Below are positions 41,105 to 51,518 of a stretch of DNA of 64,000 nucleotides, piece after piece. The stretch spans positions 1 through 64,000 of the forward strand of contig JAYGDX010000110.1 of the NCBI GenBank assembly GCA_046582655.1, in the 5' to 3' direction. The translations under genes and the position numbers were made by a program. Position 1 is the first letter of the stretch. Every line of letters begins with the position of its first letter. The stretch comes from Candidatus Poribacteria bacterium (GTDB taxonomy: Bacteria; Poribacteria; WGA-4E; UBA9662). Below the pieces are notes generated by a model. The model did no database searches and had not been told where the DNA came from. It was given only the letters and a program-made list of their open reading frames with translations.

Positions 41105-42085
41105 TTAATCTTCCGGTTCAACGTTCCATTTAATCTCCTCAACCGGATCATATGATCGAACGCATCGAAACCCAATTTTGTTGTCAGCCTTGTCCGGGGA
41201 TTGCTTGTTGCGAAGCGCAACACGTAACCCATACCATTTAAAGTACCAGCACCCACCACGTAAGACATGGGGTTGCAACATATTTTTATTCTCTTGCTTT
41301 TTCCGTTCTTGACTTTGAACGATGAAACCATCAACACCAATCTCTCCAGTAATTAATTCAATCAGGTGATCATATCCAGACAAAGGGTTCTTTAACAAAC
41401 TGGCTTTTTGACTAATTTCAAGGAAGTAGAAATCATCGTATTCATCCATACACCACTCTCGGGCATTACCTGCCATGTCATACAAACCATAGCCATTAGG
41501 AGGAAAGCTACCCACTGGTGCCGTATAACGATAACCGTCTGCTGATCCATTAATTCCAACATACTGGCTGGTTATATAATTCCCATCTACGTCTGGTATA
41601 TCTGGTTTGCCGCTACCCCAAGGAAACTTCTTATCAATTTGTCCCCCACGGGCTGCGTACGCCCATTCCGCTTCAGTCGGCAGTCTTTTTCCAGCCCAAA
41701 TGGCATAACTCATGGCATCATACCAGGTCACGCCCACCACCGGTTGATCGGGCGCATTGAAGTCAGGATCTTCCCAAAAAGTCGGTTCTTTATATCCTGC
41801 CTCATTGATGAATTTACTATATTGGGCATTGGTTATCTCATAAACATCAATGTAAAAAGATGAAAGCTCAACGGTATGAACCGGTTTTTCATAAATCGGC
41901 CCATCATTAAATTGATCTCCCATTTCAAAAGACCCGAAAGGAATTCGCAACATTTTGGATCCATCCTTCCAAGTAACTTCTTCCCAATGAATGGCTCGCA
42001 TTTCCTCATTATCTTGGCTGCACCCTATAAAACCAATCAGTGCGACAAAAACCAAAGACATGAAAAGTGTCGTGCTTTTCGGCAT
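41105..42085 (-). CDS. FGE-sulfatase (SUMF1/EgtB/PvdO)-domain lipoprotein
   Basis: Lipobox FIGC; FEMG, P.H.V, EITNAQY, PVVGVTW, RLPTEAEW, NGYGLYDMAGN, LRGGCW, GFRC. Confidence 0.88.
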   Translation of the reverse strand: MPKSTTLFMSLVFVALIGFIGCSQDNEEMRAIHWEEVTWKDGSKMLRIPFGSFEMGDQFNDGPIYEKPVHTVELSSFYIDVYEITNAQYSKFINEAGYKEPTFWEDPDFNAPDQPVVGVTWYDAMSYAIWAGKRLPTEAEWAYAARGGQIDKKFPWGSGKPDIPDVDGNYITSQYVGINGSADGYRYTAPVGSFPPNGYGLYDMAGNAREWCMDEYDDFYFLEISQKASLLKNPLSGYDHLIELITGEIGVDGFIVQSQERKKQENKNMLQPHVLRGGCWYFKWYGLRVALRNKQSPDKADNKIGFRCVRSYDPVEEIKWNVEPED

Positions 42086-42110
42086 CAGATACAAATAGAG
42101 AGAACAGTGT

Positions 42111-43013
42111 TTAATCAAGATAATCAGGAAACCTAAGAAATTTCCGGGTATTTCCGCCCCCGATTTGATTGTATTCGTACTCAGATAGATCAGGCAACAA
42201 TTCGCCAATAATTTGCGACATTTTTCTATAACCAGGATTATTAAAAATCCAAGGAAAATCAGTTGCCCACATGAGTCTTTCTGCACCATATGTTCCTAGC
42301 AGGCTTCGGTGCCAGCCAGCCAGATCTCGGTACGGATAATCTTCTTTACTAAAAGCGTATTGGCCTGACAGATGTATCATAACATTCTCATATCGGGCTA
42401 GCCGATGTGTGGTGTGGAAAGCGGGATTGTACGCAGGCGTTTCGACTTGTGGACGACCATCTTGATCAATGGAGAACTTCCCTTGTCCGGGGCAGATACC
42501 AAGATGATTTATTACAACTCGAACCTGTGGAAACTCTTCCAGTAAATATGGAATCAGTTGTGCATCGATGGCGTGAAGATACAGCCAAAGGACGTAATCT
42601 CTTTCGGCTGCATGCTCCCAGATAGGAAATGCCTTGAATTCCCTGATATCAATTGGTACAAACGGGTCCCTTGGTCCTCCCAATGAAGAAAGTCGAAATC
42701 CAACAATTGCCGAATTACCCGCCAATTTATCCATGTGTGGCGCCACGTCGGTGACATCCTGAGGAATAAGTCCAATGCCTAAGAAATGCTGAGGGTAAGA
42801 TTTTAAACAGTGTAACAGATAGGCATGAGATGCTATGTCGTTGCCACCAGTTTGCACCAATACCGCCTGATCAACCCGATTACTCTCCATCTCTGCCAAT
42901 AACTTCTCGACAGGTTCTTCGCGGTCTGCAGGAATTAACTGGCTGACCTCTCTTGGGAATTCCGTTGAAGCCGCAGCAAATACATGGCCGTGTGAATCAA
43001 TTTTAGGTGTCAT
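42111..43013 (-). CDS. Amidohydrolase_2 family protein
   Basis: IDSHGH, INHLG, HLSG, RLMWATDFP. Confidence 0.88.
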   Translation of the reverse strand: MTPKIDSHGHVFAAASTEFPREVSQLIPADREEPVEKLLAEMESNRVDQAVLVQTGGNDIASHAYLLHCLKSYPQHFLGIGLIPQDVTDVAPHMDKLAGNSAIVGFRLSSLGGPRDPFVPIDIREFKAFPIWEHAAERDYVLWLYLHAIDAQLIPYLLEEFPQVRVVINHLGICPGQGKFSIDQDGRPQVETPAYNPAFHTTHRLARYENVMIHLSGQYAFSKEDYPYRDLAGWHRSLLGTYGAERLMWATDFPWIFNNPGYRKMSQIIGELLPDLSEYEYNQIGGGNTRKFLRFPDYLD

Positions 43014-43728
43014 ATGCCTCCAAACTAAAAAGTCTGCGCCGTTGCGGTGTCACACAGCAACCAGAGATAGAGGCAAATGTGCCAGGACCAATTCGATTCG
43101 GCGTTGATTTCTCGTAGATGAGAATGATCGACTTTCGGATGGCATCGGTTTGGCTATCCATACTGGTATGCCAACCGTAGGAATTGAAAACGATGGCTGT
43201 ACCTGCTTGACCTGGAAAAGCTTTGTGTCCCGGCATGCTCCTTGACCACTTGACTTTCGGATATGGACCGCTGTCTAGTTTGTGGCTTCCTGGGACAAAA
43301 GCGAATTCGCCAGATCCCGGTAGGACATCATGGACGTAGATCTGAACTTTAATATGCAATGGATTGCTAAAGGGCACATCTGAATGCCAACTGGTATAGC
43401 TTACCGGCCACGGTGGAAGGGTTCGTACTTGCGGTCCAAGCAGTATCAGTTGATCATCAGTAAAAGTCATTAATGTCCCATAGTAACTAGGATAATCGAC
43501 AAGATCAATGAATATTTCATCTTTGGCAAAAGGATCAGGTATATCATAAAAAGTGGCGGGATTTTCACCTGCCTCAACCCGGTTGAGCCAGTCTTCCTTG
43601 CAAACAACTGACCAGTGATCAAATGCATCTTGTAATCGTTTAAGATTATCATCTTGAATAGCTTTTTCGAAAACTAAGTATCCTTCATCATTCCATTGTT
43701 TTTGTTGCTCAGCAGTCGGTCTAACCAT
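43003..43728 (-). CDS. PhyH family dioxygenase
   Basis: WNDEGYLVF, SWHSD, FVPGSHK, AGTAIVFN..GWH. Confidence 0.88.
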   Translation of the reverse strand: MVRPTAEQQKQWNDEGYLVFEKAIQDDNLKRLQDAFDHWSVVCKEDWLNRVEAGENPATFYDIPDPFAKDEIFIDLVDYPSYYGTLMTFTDDQLILLGPQVRTLPPWPVSYTSWHSDVPFSNPLHIKVQIYVHDVLPGSGEFAFVPGSHKLDSGPYPKVKWSRSMPGHKAFPGQAGTAIVFNSYGWHTSMDSQTDAIRKSIILIYEKSTPNRIGPGTFASISGCCVTPQRRRLFSLEAYDT

Positions 43729-43766
43729 TATTCAACCTCATATCAGTTTATCCTCAGCATTTGATT

Positions 43767-44783
43767 TCAAGATAAACTTATCACCGTTCCAGTTTCAATG
43801 CTATCACTAATTGCCTTTAATACTTTCATACTTTGGCAGGCATCTTCCAAACTAGCTTCAGGCTGGACTCCTTGGAGCAAGGATTTCGCCCAATGTTGCA
43901 TCTCCTCGAGATAACCAGGGCGGCCAATGCTGTGGAATGCCGTGTTGAGGTCCCATTCCTCCGTCGGTGTGTCCGCGTAACCACCACCTTGTCCTGACCA
44001 TGTTGGAACTCGATATCGACGAAGTTTGCGGGTTTCAAGTACTTGGATTGCCTGATTATTTGAGCCTTTAACATACACCATTGCTTCCAGAACCGGACCA
44101 ATGCCCAACGTCATGGTACCAACCGCTCCGTTGGCATAACGCAAATTGACACTGATTGAAACAGTTCCTGTATCTGTATCCGTACCATCAAATGAAAATA
44201 CATCGTTAACCGGTCCCATAAAAAATCGCATACAGTCCGTCGGATGAATTGCTTGATCTAACATAAAAGGCCAAGCAAAGGGTGCATCAGACGAATGTAT
44301 ACGTGGAGATGGCGCCAAGTAGCGTGTATGGTATTGGCAAACACGTCCGAAATCATCCTCCTCAATCAGCCTTTTTGCCATTTGGTGAGCAGGAGCGTGC
44401 CTCCACATGGTTCCAACCATCCCCGTTTTCCCAGTTCGAACTGATGCATCCACCAAACTTTTTGCGCCTTCTACAGTTGTTGCAGGTGGTTTCTCAACGT
44501 AAATGTGATAGCCGCGTTCCAAACATTCGATCCCAATATCACGATGTAATTTATCCTCAGGTCGACCGACCACAGCAACAGCATCCAACTCTTCGTCGCC
44601 GAGCATCTGATCATAGTTGGTGTAGTGTCGCAAAGCGCCAAATTTCCTTGCATTTGATTGTGCTCGTTCCTCTACTAAATCGCAGGTGGCTATAAAGTTG
44701 AACTCAGGTATCATTGGAATGCATCTTTGCAATTGCGATGACATTCCACCGCAACCGATGAAGGCAATTCGAATCCGATCCAT
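43767..44783 (-). CDS. Gfo/Idh/MocA family oxidoreductase
   Basis: IAFIGCGGM, HIYVEKPP, DQAIH..D. Confidence 0.9.
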   Translation of the reverse strand: MDRIRIAFIGCGGMSSQLQRCIPMIPEFNFIATCDLVEERAQSNARKFGALRHYTNYDQMLGDEELDAVAVVGRPEDKLHRDIGIECLERGYHIYVEKPPATTVEGAKSLVDASVRTGKTGMVGTMWRHAPAHQMAKRLIEEDDFGRVCQYHTRYLAPSPRIHSSDAPFAWPFMLDQAIHPTDCMRFFMGPVNDVFSFDGTDTDTGTVSISVNLRYANGAVGTMTLGIGPVLEAMVYVKGSNNQAIQVLETRKLRRYRVPTWSGQGGGYADTPTEEWDLNTAFHSIGRPGYLEEMQHWAKSLLQGVQPEASLEDACQSMKVLKAISDSIETGTVISLS

Positions 44784-44882
44784 TTATTCTATGACCTAAA
44801 CTCATTCAGAATTTTATTTAAAATTACTTAAACTGATTTTATCACAGAGCCCACCTTTAAGTATATTATAAAGTAGACTCTC

Positions 44883-45506
44883 TTAACTTTTTTGACCCAT
44901 GACCACATATACAGGGTCGGTATAGCCTATATATTTCGGTGTAATATTAAGAAATTGTACGTTTTCATAACCGCCAGCCAGATCGAAATAGTATTCAACA
45001 AGTTGTTGATGCTGGCTAGCAGGTACAGCACGCCATATTGCTACCGCTTTAGTCGGAAACGTTCGGTTTGAAAAGGCGACGATCAAAAATCCTGAGGTAT
45101 CGAGAACGCGATGAACCTGCCGAAAAACCTCTACTGGCTGCGTAAGATATTGAATTGATACGGTGACAACAACTGCTCCAAATCTGTTAGCTCCAAACGG
45201 CAATACTGGCTCACAGTTTAGATTGTGTACAACACATGAAGTCAATATCGGATTAGCATCCATTTCAACATTATTCATCCCCAAACCGATAACACATTCC
45301 TTTGACATGCGAATAGGGAAATGGGAAAATGTGCTACTCATTAGGTCTAAAATGGTTCTTCCCGAGGGCAAAACATCATCATAGAAATTTTCAATTGCTA
45401 AACAAGCATTTTCATCAATATGTTTCACCATACGCGGCACTTGATAAAACAGTTCATCGTTGCTCTCATCAATGCGAGAGAAAAATTCCGGTTTTAGTTC
45501 TTTCAT
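44883..45506 (-). CDS. Class I SAM-dependent methyltransferase (type 11)
   Basis: DE..FY..PR.V.HID, ILDLMSS, VSIQYLTQP, FSNR.FPTKA. Confidence 0.85.
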   Translation of the reverse strand: MKELKPEFFSRIDESNDELFYQVPRMVKHIDENACLAIENFYDDVLPSGRTILDLMSSTFSHFPIRMSKECVIGLGMNNVEMDANPILTSCVVHNLNCEPVLPFGANRFGAVVVTVSIQYLTQPVEVFRQVHRVLDTSGFLIVAFSNRTFPTKAVAIWRAVPASQHQQLVEYYFDLAGGYENVQFLNITPKYIGYTDPVYVVMGQKS

Positions 45507-45513
45507 ACTGAAA

Positions 45514-46812
45514 TTATGAGGAATATTTAAAAATATGTTTAGGAGCTAATAAGGACAATGAAATTCCACGAGCAATGTTCAACAGGGTCAATGAAAACCA
45601 AAGACCATGGTTGCCATATGGAATAAACAAATAATAGGATGGCAAAAATATGCATAGCGTCGAACAAATCATGGCATTTCTCATAATTGGAGTGGCAGTT
45701 GCTCCCAGAAAGACGCCATCCCAGATATATGGCGCAATATTAATGATAGGAGCTAACACGACCCATATCATATACGGCATTGCCTGAGTAATTATTACTT
45801 CTTGATTCGTGAATAAACGAAGTATATTCTCACCAACGACCAGAAATGTTAAACTAAAGATGCAACCAAAAATGTATGCCCATGCAAAGGCATATTTTAC
45901 TGCTAATTTGAGATTGATATAATCAAGAGCGCCTTTGTATTTTCCAACTAAACTTTCGGTGGCAAAAGCGAAGCCATCAACAGCATAAGCTACAAATATA
46001 ATGAACTGGAGCAAGATGGCGTTTACAGCCAGAACGGCGTCACTAATCAATGCCGATTTCGAGGTAAAGAAAGCATGACTCAAAACTAAGCACAGTGTTC
46101 GAATGAAAATATCACGACTGATTATCAAAAACTGACGCAAAATCGATAGATCTAAAGCCACTAACGAAAGTGCATTTCCCAAGAGCTTGCGATAACGATA
46201 TAGAAACAATACAATAGCCAAAAACAAACCAAAATATTGTGCACATGCTGTGCCAAGTGCTACACCATCCGATCTCATTTGAAAGACTTTAACAAATAAT
46301 ACACTCAGTACGATGTTCACACTATTTACAATGATAGCCAAGATCATTGGGTGCCGGGCATTTTGCATGCCTAAAAACCAGCCGTGAAATGCGTGAAGTG
46401 CTAAGGTTGCGGGTACTGCAAAGATACAGATACGAAAGTATACTTTGGCTAATTGCTCTACTTCGGAGCTGGCTTCGATCAACAAGAAAATGATCTCAAC
46501 AATAATTGGATAGGAAATGATGAGCAGTAGGCTGCTTATGAAGGCAAAAAGCAAAGCGACCTTCAGAATTGAGAGACATCGTTCTGAGTCATCGGCTCCA
46601 TAGGCTTGCGCCGTCATGCCAGTTGTGCTCATCCTGAGGAACCCAAATCCCCAATAGATCACATTAAAGGCAACTCCACCAACAGCGACAGCCCCCAAAT
46701 GCTGTTCTTTTGATAAATGTCCCATCAACATGAGATCAACAGCACTTAGCATTGGCACCGAGACATTGCTAATGATGTTTGGAATTGCTAGCCGAAGAAT
46801 CTCTCTGTTCAT
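45514..46812 (-). CDS. dinF: MATE family efflux transporter (DinF-like)
   Basis: LAIPNIISN.SVP.L..VD, FGFLRMSTTG.TAQA.G, DIFIRT, DGFAFATE.LVG, DGVFLGAT. Confidence 0.88.
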   Translation of the reverse strand: MNREILRLAIPNIISNVSVPMLSAVDLMLMGHLSKEQHLGAVAVGGVAFNVIYWGFGFLRMSTTGMTAQAYGADDSERCLSILKVALLFAFISSLLLIISYPIIVEIIFLLIEASSEVEQLAKVYFRICIFAVPATLALHAFHGWFLGMQNARHPMILAIIVNSVNIVLSVLFVKVFQMRSDGVALGTACAQYFGLFLAIVLFLYRYRKLLGNALSLVALDLSILRQFLIISRDIFIRTLCLVLSHAFFTSKSALISDAVLAVNAILLQFIIFVAYAVDGFAFATESLVGKYKGALDYINLKLAVKYAFAWAYIFGCIFSLTFLVVGENILRLFTNQEVIITQAMPYMIWVVLAPIINIAPYIWDGVFLGATATPIMRNAMICSTLCIFLPSYYLFIPYGNHGLWFSLTLLNIARGISLSLLAPKHIFKYSS

Positions 46813-47055
46813 TTTCTAGCGACTTTTAATCTATACCCCATTTTCTTGCTGTACATGCATTTTCTAGCGTAGAGATCGTATCTTGGCTTTCTGCAACTAA
46901 AAAAACATCTATGATTCGATCTCATCATAGTAATATAGCCGAATGTTTTTTCAATCAGGAATATACAAAAAAACAGCACTCCACAACCATATCATATATA
47001 ATAAAATAGTAGGAAGTTTAATGTTTAAAGTGAAATTATGTTTTAGGATGGTTAC

Positions 47056-47850
47056 GTGAAACCCATAATTTTTAGTTTAGCGCTACTTAGCACTATTTTC
47101 ATGTCATTTTCTCTTGCTTGGTCTGATTTTCTGCCTGAGGCAAATGGCGCTGAATTTGACCTTGAACACGGTGAAGCAATTGCCGGTGTTTTACCAAGTC
47201 CTCCTAAGATTGATGGTAATTTGGATGACTGGAAGTATGCAGTCTGGATTGCCTTTGATTCCAAGAAGGATATTCTGCGAGGCCACGCTGATTGGAAAGG
47301 GAAAGATGACATAAGTGTCACATGGTCTACAGCTTGGGATAAAGATAATTTCTACTTCGCGGCTGCGGTACGTGATGATAAATTCACGCCAGGCCCTGAT
47401 ACCGCCAACGCTTGGAAAGGAGACTGTATCTTTCTTTATATTGATTGGGAAAATCTCGAGGTGGCTGCACCGTCGGGCAAACCCAATTTTTCTTTCATTA
47501 AGAAGAAGGCTAAAGTAACCAATTTCGGTCAAAACCCGGATATCCATCTTTCCCCAATCGCTATTGTGCCAACCCCAAAGCTAGGAAAGGGCGGGATGAT
47601 TTATGAAGTCGCTATGTCTTTTAAGGACAGCACCAAAAGAAAGATCAAGGAAGGTGATCATGTCGGTTTTACTCCCGGATATGAAGAAGGGTTTAATGAT
47701 CCAGCTGAACAAGGCGTCTTTCTTTGCTAGAATGGAGCAAATCCGGACGACTCATCCCTACTGGGAAAATTAACGTTTGGCGGTCCGCTAGCTGTTAATT
47801 TAAGTAACAAGCTAACAACAAAATGGGGGGTCCTCAAAGCGCGAAAATAG
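47056..47850 (+). pseudogene. Secreted CBM9/DOMON-like sugar-binding protein with an in-frame TAG before its C-terminal KLTTKWG motif
   Basis: Signal peptide; PKIDGNLDDW, WD..NFYFAAAVRDD, GDCIFLYID. TAG 47728-30 aligns to TGG in the paralog; the frame continues to ...NKLTTKWGVLKARK, TAG 47850. Confidence 0.78.
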
Positions 47851-47954
47851 GAGTCTGGCAATATTAAGTTTTTTGATGTAATCTCAAATGCAAATCTAAA
47901 TTTGAATCCGATGGATTGAAATTTCCCCAGCTAAACGTAAGAAAGGAGAATCAA

Positions 47955-48757
47955 ATAAAAAAAATAATTTGCAGTTTAACGGTACTTTGTGCCATGTTTG
48001 CATCACTCACTTTGGCTCAGGCCGCTGGTTTTCTGCCAAAAGCGAATGGGACGGAACTTGGCCTTAAATATGGTGAGACCATTGCCAGACAGTTTACAAA
48101 GCCTCCTAAGATTGATGGTAATCTGGATGATTGGCAAGGAGCTGTTTGGATCGCTTTCGACACCGAAAAAGAGCTCTTGCGAGGCCACGCTGATTGGAAA
48201 GGGAAAGATGACATCAGTATGACTTGGTCCATGGCCTATGATGATGAGAATTTCTACTTTGCAACGGCAGTGCGTGACGACATATTTTCTCCAGGTGCCA
48301 AGGTCAGCGAGGCTTGGCAAGGGGACTGTATCTTTCTCTATATCGATTGGGAAAACAAGAAAAAAGGCGCCCCAGATTGTAAGCCGAATTTGTCCTTCAT
48401 AAACAAAGAAGCTAAAGTGACTAACTTTGGTAAGAATCCCGAAGTTTCAAAATCAAAGATCGCTATTGAACCCAACGCTGATTTGGGTAAAGGCGGGATG
48501 ATTTATGAGGTTGCCATGCCTTTCAAATATATAACTGCAGTCAAGGTTAAGAAAGGACTTGAAGTGGGAATTACACCTGGATACGAAGAAGGTTTTAATC
48601 ATGACGAGGAAAAAGGTGTTTTCCTCGACTGGGGTGGTATTAATCCGGACGACTCATCCAAACTGGGCAGATGAAATTTAGTGGACCAATAGTTCCGTCA
48701 AGTGTCGAATCCAAAAATAAATTGACAACATTTTGGGGAGTTGTCAAAGGTCAGTAA
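47955..48757 (+). pseudogene. Tandem paralog of the CBM9-like protein; ATA in the start position and a -1 frameshift before its KLTTFWG motif
   Basis: AAGGAG-6nt-ATA AAA AAA ATA (M/I-KKII signal peptide). TGA at 48672; the shifted frame continues MKFSGP...NKLTTFWGVVKGQ to TAA 48757. Confidence 0.75.
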
Positions 48758-48781
48758 AATTTAATCCTCACTTTTACCTCT

Positions 48782-48866
48782 AGGAGTTGAGCAATTAGAT
48801 CTATAGAGAACTAAGTTCGGAGCCTTATAGGTTAGCACCCGAATTTGGACTGATTGCTTGACTCCT
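48782..48866 (+). ncRNA. Candidate structured RNA element (nested stems with G-U pairs)
   Basis: 48782-98 pairs with 48850-66 (17 bp, 3 G-U); 48811-20 pairs with 48839-48 (10 bp, 2 G-U); apical AGCCT-tat-AGGTT hairpin. Confidence 0.4.
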
Positions 48867-48974
48867 TCTACATTTAGCAAATAAAAAAATAACTATTGAA
48901 TAGAATAATAAATTATTAGATCTTCGCCAATATTTGACTGTCTTTTTCACTTTAAGTCCGCATAGGTTGAAATA

Positions 48975-51012
48975 GTGATTCGATTTTCCAATTATGTATG
49001 CTTATTCTTGGCGCTAATTTACTGCCCATGTGTTCTCTCCAAAGACAGACCACTGGATATTATCCAAGAGGAACGTGCGGCAGCATCTGTTCTTATTCCC
49101 CTTAAAACTGATAAATGGACCAAACAAGCCACCGCGTGGTTAATTGAATACATCAAAAAATCTAGCGGTGTAGAATTACCATTATTCAAAGACGACGATA
49201 TCCCTTCAGGTAATGTGATTTCCGTAGGACACACGAATCTAGTTAGCCGCGAAAAGATTTCGTTGGATGAGTTTCGATGGGATGATTGCCGATTGGTAGT
49301 TCGAGGTAACATTTTATTTCTCGTTGGACGTGATGATCATGGAACTAAAACACATGATTGGGTTGGTGCACGCGGTACTTGCCAAGCCGTGGTAAAATTC
49401 TTGGAACAATCGATCAATGCACGGTGGTTCTTACCCGGTCCACATGGGGATTTCTTTGATAAAAAAATAAACATTCAAGTTGCCAACGATTTGGATATCA
49501 TTTCGAAAACCGCATTTGCCTATTCTGATGGCCGAAGTGTTTACGACGAAAACACACTAGATGAGCCAGGAAAATCACTCTCTGCGCTTGCCAATAACTA
49601 TCGCAAGTCCGTTAAGGCAGCCCCCGGCGGTCATTCTTATTATCACGCTGTCAACACAAAAAAGTATTTCAATGACCACCCCGAGTACTTTGCATTGATC
49701 GATGGAAAACGAACGGGAGAAGGCAATCATCTTTGCTCATCCCTCTCGAACGTAAAAGAGTTGCTCATTGACTACATGCAGATGCGTTTTGATCAAGGAT
49801 TGGACTGGGTATCGCTGGGACAGGAAGATGGATACCTAAGATGCCAATGTGACGAATGTGAATCAAAAGACAATTACCGTTTTAGGGACTGGCACCGTGA
49901 ACACAGGGGTCGATGGGAATTCTACCAAAATACTGTGCTACCTAAAACGCCGCCTGAACGACTGTTATTACTCCACAAACAGGTAATCGACAGTACTCTG
50001 AAGGTGAATCCAGACCAAACGGTCATGCTGATGTGTTATGCTCCCACCGCATGGCCATCACATGAAGTGAAACACTTTGGTAGAAAACGTGGTGGCTGAA
50101 TTAATGAATCTGCAAGAGAATTATATCAACGCTTGGAAAGGAAAAGTTGGAGGAATGACTGGATTCACTTACTGGTTTAATACACAGTGTCCAATGGGTG
50201 TTAATCTTCACATGACTCCCCACGAAGCTACTGATCGTATTCGGTATCTAAATCGACAGGGATTCGTGGCACTAAGTGTTGATCCGGATGGCACTTGGGG
50301 ATTAGAGGGTCCCGTATATTATATGATGGGGCAGTTATTCGGTGATCCTGCCGCAGATCCCGACGAACTGATCGAGGAATACTGTAATGGCGTTTACGGT
50401 AGAGCCTCAACGGCGATGAAGCGATTCTTTGCCCTACTTCACGAACGCTTGACTGCTATTCTACCGATTGCCCCCGAAGACATCTTGGCTGATGCACGCA
50501 ACACAAAAGTGCCGAGAAACATAGATACGGCCACAATGTACTTGCGCATGTATCCACCGGATGTATTAACCCAACTCGAGTCTTTAATCAAAGAAGCAGA
50601 ATCCATAGCTCATACTGAACAAAACCGCGGTTGGATTCGATTATCCCAGGACTATTTTGATTTCCTTAACTTGCTTACCCGAATGATGAGAATACATAGA
50701 AAATGGCAGAACAATCCATCGGAGTAAAACAAAGAAGAACTTAAACGACGTGTGAACCTGTTTGAAGACTATCGCGAGAAAATAATCTCATATTCTAAGA
50801 AATACACCGATGCATGGTTTCCCGGTTATTCTGCCTTCGCTAAGTGGCTTGTTGGAAACCTTGATGATACGAGCATAGCCTTCTACATCCCGTGGGAAGC
50901 TAGAAAAGCTGTTGTTCTGGAGAAGGGAATCCGCGGTATGCCGATGGGATATGGTCAATCATACTACTACAGTTTTATCAAGGAACCATTGACATTGAAC
51001 CTTGGTAATTGA
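48975..51012 (+). pseudogene. Disrupted DUF4838-like secreted glycoside-hydrolase-related protein
   Basis: Signal peptide; HPEYFALIDGKR, HLCSS, CQCDEC. A +1 frameshift near 50081 and an in-frame TAA at 50725; three track ORFs join into one gene. Confidence 0.75.
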
Positions 51013-51079
51013 ATAAATATTAATAGATCTAGACGGCACAGTACTCAAGTACATTATGTATCCTACTTCATAGGAAGAC

Positions 51080-51518
51080 ATGGAGAAATTTTGTTGGAGC
51101 AATTCGTCAAAGCTAAGATGATTGAACACGCACCAAGTCCTCTGTATACGAACTGAGGAAACATGGTAGCAACGGTTGTCAGTTTTCCAAAGAGGATGAA
51201 AGAATTGCAACCAACATCATCCATCGTCAACCGGACCTTATCTTCATTGATAGTATTAACCAAGTTGACATCAACAACATTCATCAGGTGATTGATCAAA
51301 CGTGACCTCCCACTACTCGGGCAGTGGTGTGTCAATCGCTGAAGTCACTGGCCAAATCTGAAGATTATGCTTATCTTGACATGACGACGCTATGGATGAA
51401 GTATATTCGCTTTTCTGGAGTTCATCTGTACCACTTCTCCTAAGATAAGGTTCATGCCAACGAATATGGAGACCAGATCTTGTCCAGAATTTTGATGGCT
51501 TCCTAGATGGTGGTCTAA
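51080..51518 (+). pseudogene. SGNH/GDSL hydrolase remnant
   Basis: Fragments ...QPDLIFI..I.Q.DI..I.QVI.Q and YLDMTTLW..YIR...*DKVHANEYG.QIL (DxxH motif) broken by stops. Confidence 0.5.

Noticed and set aside
42086..42289. N-terminal extension of the FGE-domain ORF given in the track
   Set aside because: It overlaps the amidohydrolase; ATG 42085 gives a clean lipoprotein signal. Extended starts at 1200, 5080, 8369 and 37223 were trimmed for similar reasons.
38866..47730. Amber (TAG) recoding or readthrough as the explanation for the in-frame TAGs
   Set aside because: Intact genes here end in TAG (for example at 1224, 11670, 12795, 32345), and two of the three TAG-interrupted genes also carry frameshifts.
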